64,000 nucleotides of DNA from Gemmatimonadota bacterium (GCA_039589315.1 JBDHHQ010000011.1:1-64000); one strand, 5' to 3'. Positions 48,292 through 59,764 are shown, counted from the first letter of the stretch. Notes: a model not told the origin generated them from the sequence alone. Program-made: numbers and translations.

Positions 48292-50543
48292 ATCCGGTGG
48301 CCGCCACGCCGTGTCGGGGCTGCAGCCAGCACCGGACCGAGAGCCTGGTCCAGCTGGGCCTGAGCCCCAGCCGGTGGGACTACCTGGTGGCGCTGGCCGG
48401 GAACCCCAACACGGGCAAGAGCACCGTCTTCAACGCCCTGACCGGACTACGGCAGCACACGGGCAACTGGCCGGGCAAGACGGTGGTCCGCGCCGAGGGT
48501 GTCTTCGGCCACGGCGACAAGAAGGTCAAGATCGTGGACCTCCCGGGGACCTACTCTCTCCAGGCCGGCAGCGCCGACGAGGAGGTGGCCCGGGACTTCA
48601 TCCTGTTCGGCAGGCCCGACGTGACGGTGGTGGTGGTGGATGCCACCCGGCTCGAGCGGAATCTCAACCTGGTCATCCAGATCCTGGAGATCACCGACCG
48701 CGTGGTGGTGTGCCTGAACCTCATGGACGAGGCCCGCCGTCACGGTATCGCCGTCGACCCGGACAAGCTGTCGGAGCAGTTGGGCGTGCCGGTCGTGCCT
48801 GCAGTGGCCCGCCGCAAAGAGGGGATTCCCGAGCTGCTCGGCGCCATCGACGACGTGGCGTCGGGTCGTGTGCGGCCGACGCCGTACCGGATCGAAGACC
48901 AACCGCCCGAGGTGGAAAGCGCCGTGAGCGCCCTCGTTCCGACCATCGACGCGGCGTTTCCCGAGCTGCCGAACGGCCGCTGGGTCGCCCAGAGGCTGCT
49001 CAACGGGGATCGACGCGTAGAGGAGGCGGTGCGCACCGGCGAGGTGGGCTTTCTGCGCCCGGACGAGAGCTACGGGCCCCACGACGAGGAGGAGTTCGAC
49101 GACGGTGGGGTGGCGGTGGCGGTGGCCAGCTCGGTGGGCCAGAGGGTGATCCGCAAAGCCAACCAGCTTCGCTGGACACTCCGCCCGGACTTCCACGACG
49201 CCATCATGGAGCGGATCTACGGCGTTGCCCAGGAGATCGCCAACCGCTCGATGTCGCGCGGCCTGAAGCGGGCCAAGTTCGATTTCGATCGGACGCTCGA
49301 TGGATGGCTCACGAGCCGGGTGCTGGGCTTCCCTCTGATGCTGGCGATCCTCACCGTTGTCTTCTGGCTCACCATCGCCGGGGCCAACGTGCCATCCCAG
49401 ATGCTGGCGGTGCTGCTCATCGACAAGGTCCACCCGCTGCTCACCGGCTTCGGCGGCGCCATCGGGATGCCATGGTGGCTGTCCGGCTTCCTCTTCGACG
49501 GCGTGTGGCTGGCCACGGCTTGGGTGATCAGCGTCATGCTGCCACCCATGGCGATCTTCTTTCCGCTGTTCACGCTGCTCGAGGACTTCGGCTACTTGCC
49601 CAGGGTGGCGTTCAACCTGGACAGCCTGTTCCGCCGGGCGGGCGCCCACGGCAAGCAGGCCCTGACGATGTGCATGGGCTTCGGCTGCAATGCGGCCGGC
49701 GTGGTGGCCACCCGGGTGATCGACAGCCCCAGGGAGCGGCTCATCGCCATCATCACCAACAACTTCTCGCTCTGTAACGGGCGCTGGCCCACGCAGATCC
49801 TGCTGGCCACCGTCTTCATCGGCGCTCTGGCTCCGGCGCATCTGGCGGGGCTCGTGTCGGCCAGCGCCGTGGTGGGCGTGGCTCTGCTGGGCATCTTCTT
49901 CATGTTCCTGGCTTCGTGGATGCTGTCCCGCACCGTCCTCAAGGGACAGGCCACCACGTTCAGCCTGGAGCTGCCGCCGTACCGTCCACCCCGCGTGCTC
50001 CAGACGCTCTACACGTCCTTGATCGACCGCACGCTCATCGTGCTCTGGCGGGCCATAATCTTCGCGGCGCCCGCCGGGGCGGTGATCTGGCTGGTGTCCA
50101 ACATCTCGTTCGGGGGCGCCAGCGTCGCCGAGCACATGATCGACTGGATGAACCCGTTCGGCCTGCTCATCGGGCTGAACGGCGTGATACTGCTGGCGTA
50201 CATCGTGGCCATTCCGGCCAACGAGATCGTGATCCCCACGGTGCTGATGCTCACGGTGCTGTCAGCGGGCATGACCGGGGTTGGAGGGGGAGCCGGTGTG
50301 ATGTTCGAGCTGGACTCGGCATTCGCCATCGGCGGGATCCTGGCCGGCGCCGGCTGGACCCTGCTGACGGCCGTGAACCTGATGCTCTTCAGCCTGCTCC
50401 ACAATCCGTGCTCCACCACGCTCTACACCATCTGGAAGGAGACGGGGAGCGCCAAGTGGACCACGGTTTCGGCCCTCCTGCCCCTGGCCATGGGATTCAC
50501 GGTCACGTTCCTGGTGGCCCAGCTCTGGCGGCTGCTGGCGTAA
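48288..50543 (+). CDS. feoB: Ferrous iron transport protein B
   Basis: [34 protein letters not shown]. Confidence 0.93.
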   Translation: MNPVAATPCRGCSQHRTESLVQLGLSPSRWDYLVALAGNPNTGKSTVFNALTGLRQHTGNWPGKTVVRAEGVFGHGDKKVKIVDLPGTYSLQAGSADEEVARDFILFGRPDVTVVVVDATRLERNLNLVIQILEITDRVVVCLNLMDEARRHGIAVDPDKLSEQLGVPVVPAVARRKEGIPELLGAIDDVASGRVRPTPYRIEDQPPEVESAVSALVPTIDAAFPELPNGRWVAQRLLNGDRRVEEAVRTGEVGFLRPDESYGPHDEEEFDDGGVAVAVASSVGQRVIRKANQLRWTLRPDFHDAIMERIYGVAQEIANRSMSRGLKRAKFDFDRTLDGWLTSRVLGFPLMLAILTVVFWLTIAGANVPSQMLAVLLIDKVHPLLTGFGGAIGMPWWLSGFLFDGVWLATAWVISVMLPPMAIFFPLFTLLEDFGYLPRVAFNLDSLFRRAGAHGKQALTMCMGFGCNAAGVVATRVIDSPRERLIAIITNNFSLCNGRWPTQILLATVFIGALAPAHLAGLVSASAVVGVALLGIFFMFLASWMLSRTVLKGQATTFSLELPPYRPPRVLQTLYTSLIDRTLIVLWRAIIFAAPAGAVIWLVSNISFGGASVAEHMIDWMNPFGLLIGLNGVILLAYIVAIPANEIVIPTVLMLTVLSAGMTGVGGGAGVMFELDSAFAIGGILAGAGWTLLTAVNLMLFSLLHNPCSTTLYTIWKETGSAKWTTVSALLPLAMGFTVTFLVAQLWRLLA

Positions 50544-50635
50544 GCGCGGGCCATGATCAGCAACCCCGGAGAGCACGGACTCTCGGTCGGTGAACGACCC
50601 GACAGGACTCGGGGCCGATCAGTCACACGGTCCCT

Positions 50636-53560
50636 CTAAGGCCCGCCATTCACTCGAGCGAGTGCCGCCCGTCCAAACTCCACCATCGGCTGGAGCTCCA
50701 CATCGGCGTCCGCCCACGCGTCGACGAAGTACCGAAAGGCCTGGGTGGCAAGTTGGAGGTCTCCGCGGGCTTCGTGAATCAACCCGAGCCGGTAGTGGGC
50801 GAGTGGGCTGTACCATAACTGGCGGAAGTGGGGTTCCGACCGTTCGAGGTCCCCGAGCTCGAGGTAGATGTGGCCCAGCCAAGCGTTGGGATACCAATCC
50901 GCCTTGCGAATGACGCTGCGCGGCCAGGGGCCGAGGTACCAGGAGGTCTGGTCCGCGCGGTCGAGGAGCTCGATCGCTGACCGAGAATCTCCACGCCTCC
51001 ACGCCGCGTAGCCACGCATCTCGGAGACGGCTGCATCGAGCCGCCGGGCCACGGCTTCCTCTCCGCGCCGGCGCGCCTGGTCGGCGCGGGACTCGGCCTC
51101 GGTAATCGCTGCGGAGTGGACGTCCCAGCGTCCGAGGTCGGCGGCCACATAGCCCCGACAGGCGAGGAGGAAGTGGATGGGGCCGTCCTCGTCCTCCAGT
51201 GTGGTCAGCGCCGCCTCGAGTACGCCGTCCGGGACGGGGATTCCCCAGCCAAGGGCAACGGCGGGCAGACACGCTCTCGTGACGGGGGACACCCGCCCCT
51301 CGCCGAGGTACTCGACCGCTCGTCCGAGATGCCCCCGTTTCCAGAGGCTCTCCAAAGCGAGGATGTCCGACACCGACCGCTGCCCGCTCGGATCCAGCCG
51401 CTCACGCAGCGACAGGAGGACTCGCTCCCGCCCCTCCCAATCCTCTGGATGCTTGAGGTTGAGCTGGGCGACGGAAAGGACGTTCACGTCCACGCTATCC
51501 AATGGAGTCGCAGACGGGACGCCCCCCGGCCCGGCTCGGAAGGCCACGTCGAGCGCCAAGAGGCCGCCATGGTAGTACGGCGAGCCTGCGGAGACGCCGC
51601 CGTACTGCCCGAGACGGGCGGTGGCCAGGGCGCTGTCCCTATGGTGGTTGAAAGCGAGCTCGACCCCGTGGGGCTGATAGAGGGCGAAGGCAGGATCGAG
51701 CTCGGTAGCACGGCGGAACGCCAGGTCAGCTTCTTCCGGCCCCGTCAGGGCACTGGTATGGAGATGGGCGTCACCGAGCAGGAACCAGGCTTCGGAGTCG
51801 TCGGGGTAGGCCCGCACGGCTTCCTCGAGCAGGTCCACGGCCTCCGGTCGCTGCTCCCCGGTGACGTGACGGGCACGGACAAGACCGGCTTCACGATCGG
51901 GCAGTCGATCCGCGTGCCTGAGCGCCATCTCGCGATGCCGTCTGGCCGCGGGGAACTGAATCCCCTGTCGCCACGCGTGGGCGCTGGCCAGGTGGTAGTG
52001 GGCCAACGCGAACGTCGAATCCGCCTCGATGGCTCGCGTATAGGCCTCGATCGCCTCGTCGAAGGCGGCTTGTCTCGAGTGAAACTCGCCTTCCAGGTAT
52101 GCTTTCAGCGCCGGAACCGAGCTCGTCGTGATGCTCGCGAGGTTCACCGGGGGGAGCTCGCCACCGCCTCGTTCCCGGATCACTCCGAGCACTTCGACGG
52201 CGAGGCGATCGGCGAGAACCAGCACGCTGTCGACCGCGCCCTCGACCTGTCGTTGACCCAGCGGGACGCGGTCGTCGACCGAATACACGTCCGCCGTGAC
52301 TCGAGCCACCGGCCCGATCGCGACCACGGTTCCCAGGAGTGCGTACCGCGCGCCCATGTCCCCGGCGATGCTCAAGCTCGCGGTCTGGTCAAGGCGTCGG
52401 GTGTTTCGAGACAGCTCGTCCCACCGAGCCATCACGGTCCGGCTGGGGATCGTTCGGAGACCGCCTGCGCCGTCCAGTCCGGTCGATAGGAGATTCACCA
52501 GACCTTCCCGCCACTCCTCCAGCCCGGCACCGGTGATCTCGAAGGGAAGGACGGCGATAGACGACGAGACGCCCGCCTCAGTGACTCCTGGGGAAGGGGT
52601 GGCTGCACGACGATTCGAGATGAAGAGCCCGGCGAGCCCGGCCAGGACCGCAATCGTGACCACAGCGGCGACGCGCCGTGCAGCTTTGCTGGCCGGGCGG
52701 ACCAGCTCCTCCTCCGTGATCTGCAGGGCGTCGTTCAGGGCCTGTCCGAGCGCGCGCGCGGTGCCGTAGCGGTCCGCCGGCACCTTGGCCAGCGCCTTCA
52801 TCACGACCCCCTCGACGCTTGCGGGGATCGTCGCTCGCACGGTTCGCATGCTCGGCACCGGGTCCAGAGAGTGCCGGGCCATCACGGCCTGAGCGCTGGA
52901 GCCCGCGAACGGTGCGGCCCCCGTGAGCGCCTCGTACAAGACGCACCCCAGAGCGTAAACGTCGGACCGACCGTCCAGTCGGCGCTCTCCGGTGGCCTGC
53001 TCCGGGCTCATGTAGGACGCCGTGCCCACCACAACTCCGGTCGCGGTCAGCTCGGTGCCACCGGCCTCGACGATGGCACGAGCGATGCCGAAGTCCGCAA
53101 TCAGCGCGTGCCCATCGGAAAGGAGGATGTTCTCCGGTTTGATGTCTCGATGCACGACGCCCTTGTCGTGGGCGTAGCCCAGGCCGTCTGCGACCTCCCG
53201 GGCCATTGCGATGGCATCTCCGACGTCGAGTTGTGCCTCCCGGTTCAACCGGTCACGTAGCGACTCACCGTCGACGTGGGGCATGACGAAGTAGAAGAAC
53301 CCCCCCGCTTCGCCGGAGTCGTACAGGGGGAGGATGTGTGGATGGCTGAGCCCAGCGGCGATCTCGATCTCGTGCAGGAACCTCTCGGTGCCCAGGGCTT
53401 GTGCGACCTCCGGCCTCAGCACCTTCAGCGCGACGTCCCGGTTGTGCTTCAGATCCCTGGCGAGGTACACGATGGCGGTTGCACCCTGCCCCAGCTCACG
53501 CTCGAGGCGGTAGCGATCCACCAGATGCGACTGCATGCGATCGGCGATCTCTCCAGCCAT
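50636..53560 (-). CDS. Ser/Thr protein kinase with TM, TolB-N-like and TPR domains
   Basis: LGQGATAIVY, VALKVL, HRDIKPEN, DFG, YMSPE; SIAVLPF; WADAD..LQP tail. Confidence 0.92.
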   Translation of the reverse strand: MAGEIADRMQSHLVDRYRLERELGQGATAIVYLARDLKHNRDVALKVLRPEVAQALGTERFLHEIEIAAGLSHPHILPLYDSGEAGGFFYFVMPHVDGESLRDRLNREAQLDVGDAIAMAREVADGLGYAHDKGVVHRDIKPENILLSDGHALIADFGIARAIVEAGGTELTATGVVVGTASYMSPEQATGERRLDGRSDVYALGCVLYEALTGAAPFAGSSAQAVMARHSLDPVPSMRTVRATIPASVEGVVMKALAKVPADRYGTARALGQALNDALQITEEELVRPASKAARRVAAVVTIAVLAGLAGLFISNRRAATPSPGVTEAGVSSSIAVLPFEITGAGLEEWREGLVNLLSTGLDGAGGLRTIPSRTVMARWDELSRNTRRLDQTASLSIAGDMGARYALLGTVVAIGPVARVTADVYSVDDRVPLGQRQVEGAVDSVLVLADRLAVEVLGVIRERGGGELPPVNLASITTSSVPALKAYLEGEFHSRQAAFDEAIEAYTRAIEADSTFALAHYHLASAHAWRQGIQFPAARRHREMALRHADRLPDREAGLVRARHVTGEQRPEAVDLLEEAVRAYPDDSEAWFLLGDAHLHTSALTGPEEADLAFRRATELDPAFALYQPHGVELAFNHHRDSALATARLGQYGGVSAGSPYYHGGLLALDVAFRAGPGGVPSATPLDSVDVNVLSVAQLNLKHPEDWEGRERVLLSLRERLDPSGQRSVSDILALESLWKRGHLGRAVEYLGEGRVSPVTRACLPAVALGWGIPVPDGVLEAALTTLEDEDGPIHFLLACRGYVAADLGRWDVHSAAITEAESRADQARRRGEEAVARRLDAAVSEMRGYAAWRRGDSRSAIELLDRADQTSWYLGPWPRSVIRKADWYPNAWLGHIYLELGDLERSEPHFRQLWYSPLAHYRLGLIHEARGDLQLATQAFRYFVDAWADADVELQPMVEFGRAALARVNGGP

Positions 53561-53580
53561 CGCGAGTGCTCCCTGTCCGA

Positions 53581-56247
53581 CTAGTTCCCCACCCGCTCCT
53601 TCAGCTCTTCGAACCAGTTCTGTACCAGGATCACCTCGGGCGTCTCGACCTCGACCTGGCGGAGCATCACGAATCGCTGGTCGTCGGCCGTGACGTCGTA
53701 GAGGGTGTACTGCTCCTGCTCGATGATCAGGTACTCGGGTCCGATGTCGAAGAGGGCGATACGCTCTTGGACGCCGAATTCGGACCCGGAGCGAATCTGA
53801 GCCGCCACCATGCGGCGCTGCCCGTCCACGTAGAAGAGCTCGGTACCGCTGTGTGCCCACTCGGGCATGACTCCTCCCGCCGAAGAGACCTGCCACTTGG
53901 CGCTCTCCGTGTCCGGGAAGGGCCTCACGTAGATCTCGTTCTGGCCCGTCTCGTCGGACTCGTACGCGAGCCACCGACCGTTGGGCGAGAGCGAGATGGC
54001 CTTTTCGTCGAAGGCGCTCTGGACGAGGGGCGAGGGGGCGCCCTCGGCACCCGGCGCCAAAGCCACGATGTCCCGGGCGCCGGCCGAGCCCAACAATCCA
54101 CCCGTGCGGCCGATGATCCACCCGTCAGCGGACACCACGCCTTCCCAGATCGATTGCTCGGCATCGTCGAGGAGCAGCTGGGCCGAGCCCGTGCCGTCCG
54201 CACGCTTCGAGTAGAGGTCCGCGTTCCCGCCACGTTCCGAGAGGAACGTCACGGAGCGCCCGTCCGGGGTCCATCTGGGCCGGACGTCCTGCGCCGTGTC
54301 AGCGGTGAGGCGGGAGAGGGGACCCCTGGGAAGCTCCTTGATCCAGACGTCCTCGTCGGTCTCGCCGAGAATGCTGACGGCCATCCGCCGGCCATCCGGC
54401 GACAGGGCCAACCCACGGTTGTTGCCACCCGGGTCGAAGGTCCATTCGGGATCCACCACGGCGCTGGCGCCGTCTCGGTCGACCCAAACGACCTGGTAGA
54501 GCGACGAGGCCGAGCCTGTGGCGTAAACCAACGTGCCATTCGTGGAGATCGCGAATGGCGACTGGAGCGTTGGGGCGTCGTAGGCGACGCCGGTCAGAGT
54601 CGGAATTGCCGGGCCTGTGAGCTCGAGGGACTCGGCATCGAAGGCCGCGGCGAGGAACTCGCCCTGTGGGCTCGCGAAGACCAGGTGCCCCGAGGCGGTG
54701 ACGTGCGGCTGCGTGCCGCCCTGCGCCAGGGCTCGAACGTCGCTGGAGCCGAACTCGAACGCGTGGATCCCGGGACCGCCGGGCGCGTTGAGCGTGAAGA
54801 TGACCCCGACCCCCGGGATCACGTGAGGATAGAGGTGGCGCGGGGCGCCGTCGGCGCTGGAGGTCACCACTTCAGTCGGTCCGCCGCCGGCCGGCGCGCG
54901 GCTCAACCCCCTGGCCATGTCCGAGTAGTAAATGAACCCGTCCGAGGCCCAGTGTATGCAGCAGAATGCCGAATCGGTGAGCGTTCGGGACACGCCCCCA
55001 TCGAGGGAAACGATGCGTATGGGCCTGGGTGGCGGGCTCCGGACCACATACGCCACTTCCTGGCCGTCGGGCGAGATCGAGGGGCCGACTCCGAATCCCG
55101 AACCTGGCAGCGGAGTCGCATCGAGCTCGTCCCACCGGCGGACCCAGAGCTGGCTCAGCTGGTCCTCGGCCGCGCCCTCGTAGATCAGGACCGACCCGTC
55201 GGGCGAGAGCGCCATCGTGCCATTGATCCCGCCCCGCTCCTGGGGCAGGAGGACAGACATGCGCATGGTAGGCGCCGGCTGCCCCGGTCGGAGCAGCGCC
55301 CACATGGACATGGCCGCGAACGCCAACGTCGTCACCCCGAGACCCAGCGCCAGCCGCTTCCACGCGCCTGGATCAGCGGGGGCGGCGGCGCCGGCAGGCG
55401 CCCCATGCCGGAATCCAGGATCGGACAACGCGTCCGAGAATCCCTGTGCTGAGCCGAACCGGTCGGCGGGGATCTTCTCGAGTGCGCGGCGGATGGCGGC
55501 GTCGACGTTGGGGGGGATCGAGCGCCGGGCGACAGTGGGTTCCACCGGTGCACCGGAGATGATCTTCCCCAGCACCGCTTGCGCCGTGTTGCCGAGGAAT
55601 GGCGGCTCGCCTACCAGCATCTCGTAGAGAACACATCCCACCGCGTAGATGTCGCTGGCCGGTCCCACGGGTTGGTCGCCGGTGGCCTGCTCGGGGCTCA
55701 TGTAATACGGGGTCCCCAGGCTGAGGCCCGTCTCGGTCAGGCGACTGCCTCCCGCGGCGCCCACGGCGATGGCGATCCCGAAGTCCGCGACGACGGGTTG
55801 CCCGTCCTGAAGGAGTACGTTCGCGGGCTTGATGTCGCGGTGGATCACCCCCTGGCGGTGCGCATGATCCAACGCTTGAGCGACCGCGGCGGCGATCCGC
55901 ACCGCCTCCTGGACCGGCAGCTGCTTTTCGCGGTTGAGGCGGTCGCGAAGCGTCTCTCCCTCCACGTACGGCATCACGTAGAAGAGGAAGGACCCGGCCT
56001 CGCCGGAGTCGTGCAGCGGAAGCACGTGAGGGTGCTGGAGGTTGGCGGTGGTCTTGATCTCGGCGATGAAGCGGTCCGCGCCGACGACCGCGGCCAGCTC
56101 CGGCTTCAGGACCTTCAGCGCCACCCGTCGCTCGTGCTTGAGGTCCTGGGCGAGATAGACCGTGGCCATCCCGCCCTCGCCGAGCTCTCGCTCGATGACG
56201 TAGCGGCCCTCAAGGGCGGCGTTCAGGCGAGTGACGGGATCGGACAT
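53581..56247 (-). CDS. Ser/Thr protein kinase with TolB/PD40 beta-propeller
   Basis: LGEGGMATVY, HRDIKPAN, DFG; SPDG repeats; NWFEELK tail. Confidence 0.93.
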   Translation of the reverse strand: MSDPVTRLNAALEGRYVIERELGEGGMATVYLAQDLKHERRVALKVLKPELAAVVGADRFIAEIKTTANLQHPHVLPLHDSGEAGSFLFYVMPYVEGETLRDRLNREKQLPVQEAVRIAAAVAQALDHAHRQGVIHRDIKPANVLLQDGQPVVADFGIAIAVGAAGGSRLTETGLSLGTPYYMSPEQATGDQPVGPASDIYAVGCVLYEMLVGEPPFLGNTAQAVLGKIISGAPVEPTVARRSIPPNVDAAIRRALEKIPADRFGSAQGFSDALSDPGFRHGAPAGAAAPADPGAWKRLALGLGVTTLAFAAMSMWALLRPGQPAPTMRMSVLLPQERGGINGTMALSPDGSVLIYEGAAEDQLSQLWVRRWDELDATPLPGSGFGVGPSISPDGQEVAYVVRSPPPRPIRIVSLDGGVSRTLTDSAFCCIHWASDGFIYYSDMARGLSRAPAGGGPTEVVTSSADGAPRHLYPHVIPGVGVIFTLNAPGGPGIHAFEFGSSDVRALAQGGTQPHVTASGHLVFASPQGEFLAAAFDAESLELTGPAIPTLTGVAYDAPTLQSPFAISTNGTLVYATGSASSLYQVVWVDRDGASAVVDPEWTFDPGGNNRGLALSPDGRRMAVSILGETDEDVWIKELPRGPLSRLTADTAQDVRPRWTPDGRSVTFLSERGGNADLYSKRADGTGSAQLLLDDAEQSIWEGVVSADGWIIGRTGGLLGSAGARDIVALAPGAEGAPSPLVQSAFDEKAISLSPNGRWLAYESDETGQNEIYVRPFPDTESAKWQVSSAGGVMPEWAHSGTELFYVDGQRRMVAAQIRSGSEFGVQERIALFDIGPEYLIIEQEQYTLYDVTADDQRFVMLRQVEVETPEVILVQNWFEELKERVGN

Positions 56248-56510
56248 GGGGTTTCGCTAGGGCTATTGCCGGCTCGAGGTTGGCAACGAACCCTTGAAAC
56301 GTAGGGACGACAACCGGGAGGAGGCCAGCTTCGTCTTGGGATACTCATTCCAGGGCGCTCGAAGGCATTATGGACATCGGGCTCAGGCGCGAGCGGACGA
56401 GTGTGCACCATCCGGACTCGGTGTCCGAGGCCGTGCGGGATTCGGTGCCCGCGCCGGGACCCTGTGAGACCACGTAATGGCCAGGTAGACTGCAAGCAAC
56501 CATCAACTGG

Positions 56511-57638
56511 GTGGACCCCGTGACTCTTCTCGTGCTCACCGTCGTCACCGTCCTGGTCGTATCGGCCTTCTGCTCCCTGAGCGAAGCGGCCCTCTACGCG
56601 GTGCGGCTACCCTATGTCCGTGGACTGGCCGAGTCGGGAAGCCGGGCCGGAAGGGTGCTGAAGAACTTCAAGGAGAACATGGGACGCCCCATCACCGCCA
56701 TCCTGGTGGTGAACACGGTGTCCAACACGGCGGGCGCGGCGGTGTCGGGCGCTTTGGCTGCCGTCGTATTCGGCGGGCGACGCCCGTCCATCGTGATCTT
56801 CTCCGTTGTCTTCACCCTCGCCGTTCTGTTCCTCTCGGAGATCATCCCCAAGATCGTCGGGGTCTCCCACAGCCGTCAGGTGGCGAGGGCGATCGCGATT
56901 CCGTGGAAGGCGGCGATCACGCTCATGGGACCGGTGGTTCTCGCGGTCCACCAGCTGACTCGAATCCTGACCCCTGCGACGGCCCATCCCAGGGCGCCCG
57001 AGGAAGAGGTGGAGCAGCTCGCCATGATCAGCGCCGAGGAGGGCAGCATCCTGGAGCTGGAGGCCGCCCTGGTACGGCGGGTGCTCAAGCTGAACGAGGT
57101 GCGGGTCCGAGACATCATGACGCCTCGCACCGTGGTTCAGCGCTTTCCCCAGGACATCACGGTCAAGGAGGCGGCGGCTCAGGTGGGGGACTGGGTCTTC
57201 TCGCGCATCCCGCTCCACGACCCCGACGACCCGGAGCGTTGGACCGGTTTCGTCCGGAGTCAGGATATCCTCGTTCACCTGGCCCGGGACCGCTTCGAGA
57301 CCCTGCTGGAAGACATCGCCCGGCCGCTACACCAGGTGCCCGAGGCCAGGCCCGTGCACAGGGTCCTGGCCGATTTCCTGGCGCGACGAGCCCACATCTT
57401 CGGGGTGGTGGACGAGTTCGGCGCCAGCGACGGCGTCATCACCCTGGAGGACGTGATCGAGACGCTGTTGGGCAGCGAGATCGTCGACGAGGTGGACGAG
57501 TTCGCCGACCTCCGTGCCATCGCCAAGCTGCGGGCCCGCCGGTTGAGCAAGATCAGGGAGCAGGGGGAGTCGAGGGCGAGGCGCGGTCGGGGCAGCAACG
57601 GGGAGGGCAGCGGCGAGGGTTCGGGAGGTCCGAGCTAG
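56511..57638 (+). CDS. CNNM/DUF21 + CBS domain protein (hemolysin-like)
   Basis: SAFCSLSEAA, SEIIPK, IMTPR, FSRIP, VDEFG...G.ITLED. Confidence 0.9.
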   Translation: MDPVTLLVLTVVTVLVVSAFCSLSEAALYAVRLPYVRGLAESGSRAGRVLKNFKENMGRPITAILVVNTVSNTAGAAVSGALAAVVFGGRRPSIVIFSVVFTLAVLFLSEIIPKIVGVSHSRQVARAIAIPWKAAITLMGPVVLAVHQLTRILTPATAHPRAPEEEVEQLAMISAEEGSILELEAALVRRVLKLNEVRVRDIMTPRTVVQRFPQDITVKEAAAQVGDWVFSRIPLHDPDDPERWTGFVRSQDILVHLARDRFETLLEDIARPLHQVPEARPVHRVLADFLARRAHIFGVVDEFGASDGVITLEDVIETLLGSEIVDEVDEFADLRAIAKLRARRLSKIREQGESRARRGRGSNGEGSGEGSGGPS

Positions 57639-57823
57639 CCTCTCCCTCCTGGATGGCGGGCGCGGCGCCGTCGGACGCCTGGTGGCCGCACTCCCCTCAG
57701 GGTGTCGGGGGCTTACGCGGGCACGGTCAGGAGTCCGTTGATGCCTCGGAACCCGTGGACGGCAGCCCCGTGATGACTCTACTCTCCCGCCCTCATCCCG
57801 ACTCCCTGCTTCCGGACCTCGCC

Positions 57824-59710
57824 ATGATCAGGTTCCCCGTGCGGTCTCGATTCTCTCCCCTCATCGCCCTCCTCGCACTCGCACCGCCCTCATCGGGGGC
57901 CGCACAGCTCGAGGTCACCGAGGCGTCCATCACCGAGCTCCAGGCGGCCATGACCTCCGGCGAGACGACCTCGGCCGAGATCACCACGGCATACCTGGCG
58001 CGGATCCGTGCCTACGACCAGGCCGGCGCAGAGCTCAACGCGATGATCCGCCTCAATCCGAACGCACTCGCGGAGGCGGAAGCGCTGGACCGGGAACGCG
58101 CGGCGCGGGGGCCCAGAGGCCCGCTCCACGGCGTCCCGATCATTCTGAAGGACAACTACGATCTGGCCGGAATGCCCTCGACGGCGGCTTCGCTGGGACT
58201 CGCGGGCCTCATGCCGCCCGACGACGCGTTCCAGGTGAAGAAGCTCCGGGAGGCCGGGGCCGTGTTCATCGGCAAGTCGAACCTCCACGAGCTGGCGTCC
58301 GGGATCAGCACGATCGCGTCGCTGGGCGGCCAGACGCTGAATCCCTACGACCTGTCCCGAAACCCCGGCGGCTCGAGCGGTGGCACGGGGGCGGCCATCG
58401 CGGCCAGCTTCGCCGCCGTCGGTTGGGGCAGCGACACCTGTGGCTCGATCCGGATTCCGTCCTCGCACAACAACCTGGTGGGGCTGAGGCCCACAAAGGG
58501 TCTCTCGAGCATCGACGGGATCGTGCCGCTCTCCCACACTCAGGACACCGGGGGACCGCTGGCACGCACGGTGAGGGACCTGGCCATCGCCCTCGACGCC
58601 ACGATCGGTCCGGACCCGGCTGACCCGGCGACACGCGCCCTCGAGGGGAGAGCGCTCCCGGTATTCTCCGACGCGCTGGATGAGCGAGCCCTCGACGGTG
58701 CGCGCATCGGGATCCTGGAGCAGCTGTTCGGGGGCGGAGGGGCCGAGACCGCGGCGGCCGACGTGGTTCGTGCCGCGATCGGGGAGATGGTCGAGCTCGG
58801 CGCGGACACCGTGACCGTGGAGATCGCGGAGTTGGATAGCCTGACGGCTCGAACGGGCGTGATCAGTCACGAGTTCGTGGCGGACCTGGCCGACTATCTG
58901 GCCGGAGTACCCGATGCCCCGGTCGAGTCGCTACACGAGTTGATGGAGCAGGGCCTGATCCACGAGGCGCTCATCCCCAGAATGCGCGCCCGCACGAGTG
59001 GCGAAGCGCTGGACCCCGAGGCCTACCGGGAGGCCCTTTCCCGGCGAGGGCCCCTGGCGGACACCCTGGTGGCGCTGATGGACCGTCACGAGCTGGACGC
59101 TCTCGTGTATCCGACGATCCGCCTGATCCCGTCAACCAACCCGGACCCGCAACGTGGGTCGAACTGTCAGCTCGCGGCGGCGAGCGGCCTGCCCGCAATC
59201 AGCGTCCCGTCCGGATTCACGGAAGGTGGCTTGCCGATCGGTGCGGAGCTGCTGGGACGCTCGTTCGACGATGCGCGACTGGTGGCGCTGGCCTACGCCT
59301 TCGAGCAGGGCACGGATCACCGACGGCCGGCACCGAGCACGCCGCCACTCGTGGGCGGTGCCGCTCCACCGCCCGTGTCTCTCGACCTTCACGCGACCGG
59401 GGAGGGCGCCGCGGAAGCGCGTGGCCAACTCGTCTTCGACCCGGTGCGGGGCACGCTCGCGTACGACATCACGGTGTCCGGGGTCGATCCGGCGGACCTG
59501 TTCGCAGTGGCGCTGCGGTCCACCGACAACGAGGGCCAGGAGATGGTGGTGCGGCGCGTCTCGGGGCCGGAGGTCACCACGCCGCGCGGCACGCTCACGC
59601 TCACGCCAGCCAACAGGTCGAGGCTGGAGCGGGGCGAGCTCTACCTCGACGTCTTCACGCGCGACCGTCCCTTCGGTGCCGCACGGGCCAGCCTGCGGCT
59701 ACCCCGCTGA
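57824..59710 (+). CDS. Secreted amidase-signature enzyme with C-terminal CHRD-like domain
   Basis: GPLHGVPIILKDN, GGSSGG, GSDTCGSIRIPS; L..GELYLDVFT...P.G..R tail. Confidence 0.85.
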   Translation: MIRFPVRSRFSPLIALLALAPPSSGAAQLEVTEASITELQAAMTSGETTSAEITTAYLARIRAYDQAGAELNAMIRLNPNALAEAEALDRERAARGPRGPLHGVPIILKDNYDLAGMPSTAASLGLAGLMPPDDAFQVKKLREAGAVFIGKSNLHELASGISTIASLGGQTLNPYDLSRNPGGSSGGTGAAIAASFAAVGWGSDTCGSIRIPSSHNNLVGLRPTKGLSSIDGIVPLSHTQDTGGPLARTVRDLAIALDATIGPDPADPATRALEGRALPVFSDALDERALDGARIGILEQLFGGGGAETAAADVVRAAIGEMVELGADTVTVEIAELDSLTARTGVISHEFVADLADYLAGVPDAPVESLHELMEQGLIHEALIPRMRARTSGEALDPEAYREALSRRGPLADTLVALMDRHELDALVYPTIRLIPSTNPDPQRGSNCQLAAASGLPAISVPSGFTEGGLPIGAELLGRSFDDARLVALAYAFEQGTDHRRPAPSTPPLVGGAAPPPVSLDLHATGEGAAEARGQLVFDPVRGTLAYDITVSGVDPADLFAVALRSTDNEGQEMVVRRVSGPEVTTPRGTLTLTPANRSRLERGELYLDVFTRDRPFGAARASLRLPR

Positions 59711-59764
59711 CGACCGGGGTGGCAGGCATCCGGAACGAGAGCCGCTCTCGATCCCCGAAGCCCG

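Noticed and set aside
53561..54121. N-terminal extension of the 1161-aa kinase ORF
   Set aside because: Overlaps the upstream kinase out of frame; a GGGAG RBS supports the start at 53560.
56903..57823. N-terminal extension of the amidase ORF
   Set aside because: Overlaps the CNNM gene and is Arg/Gly/Pro-rich; the signal peptide begins at 57824.
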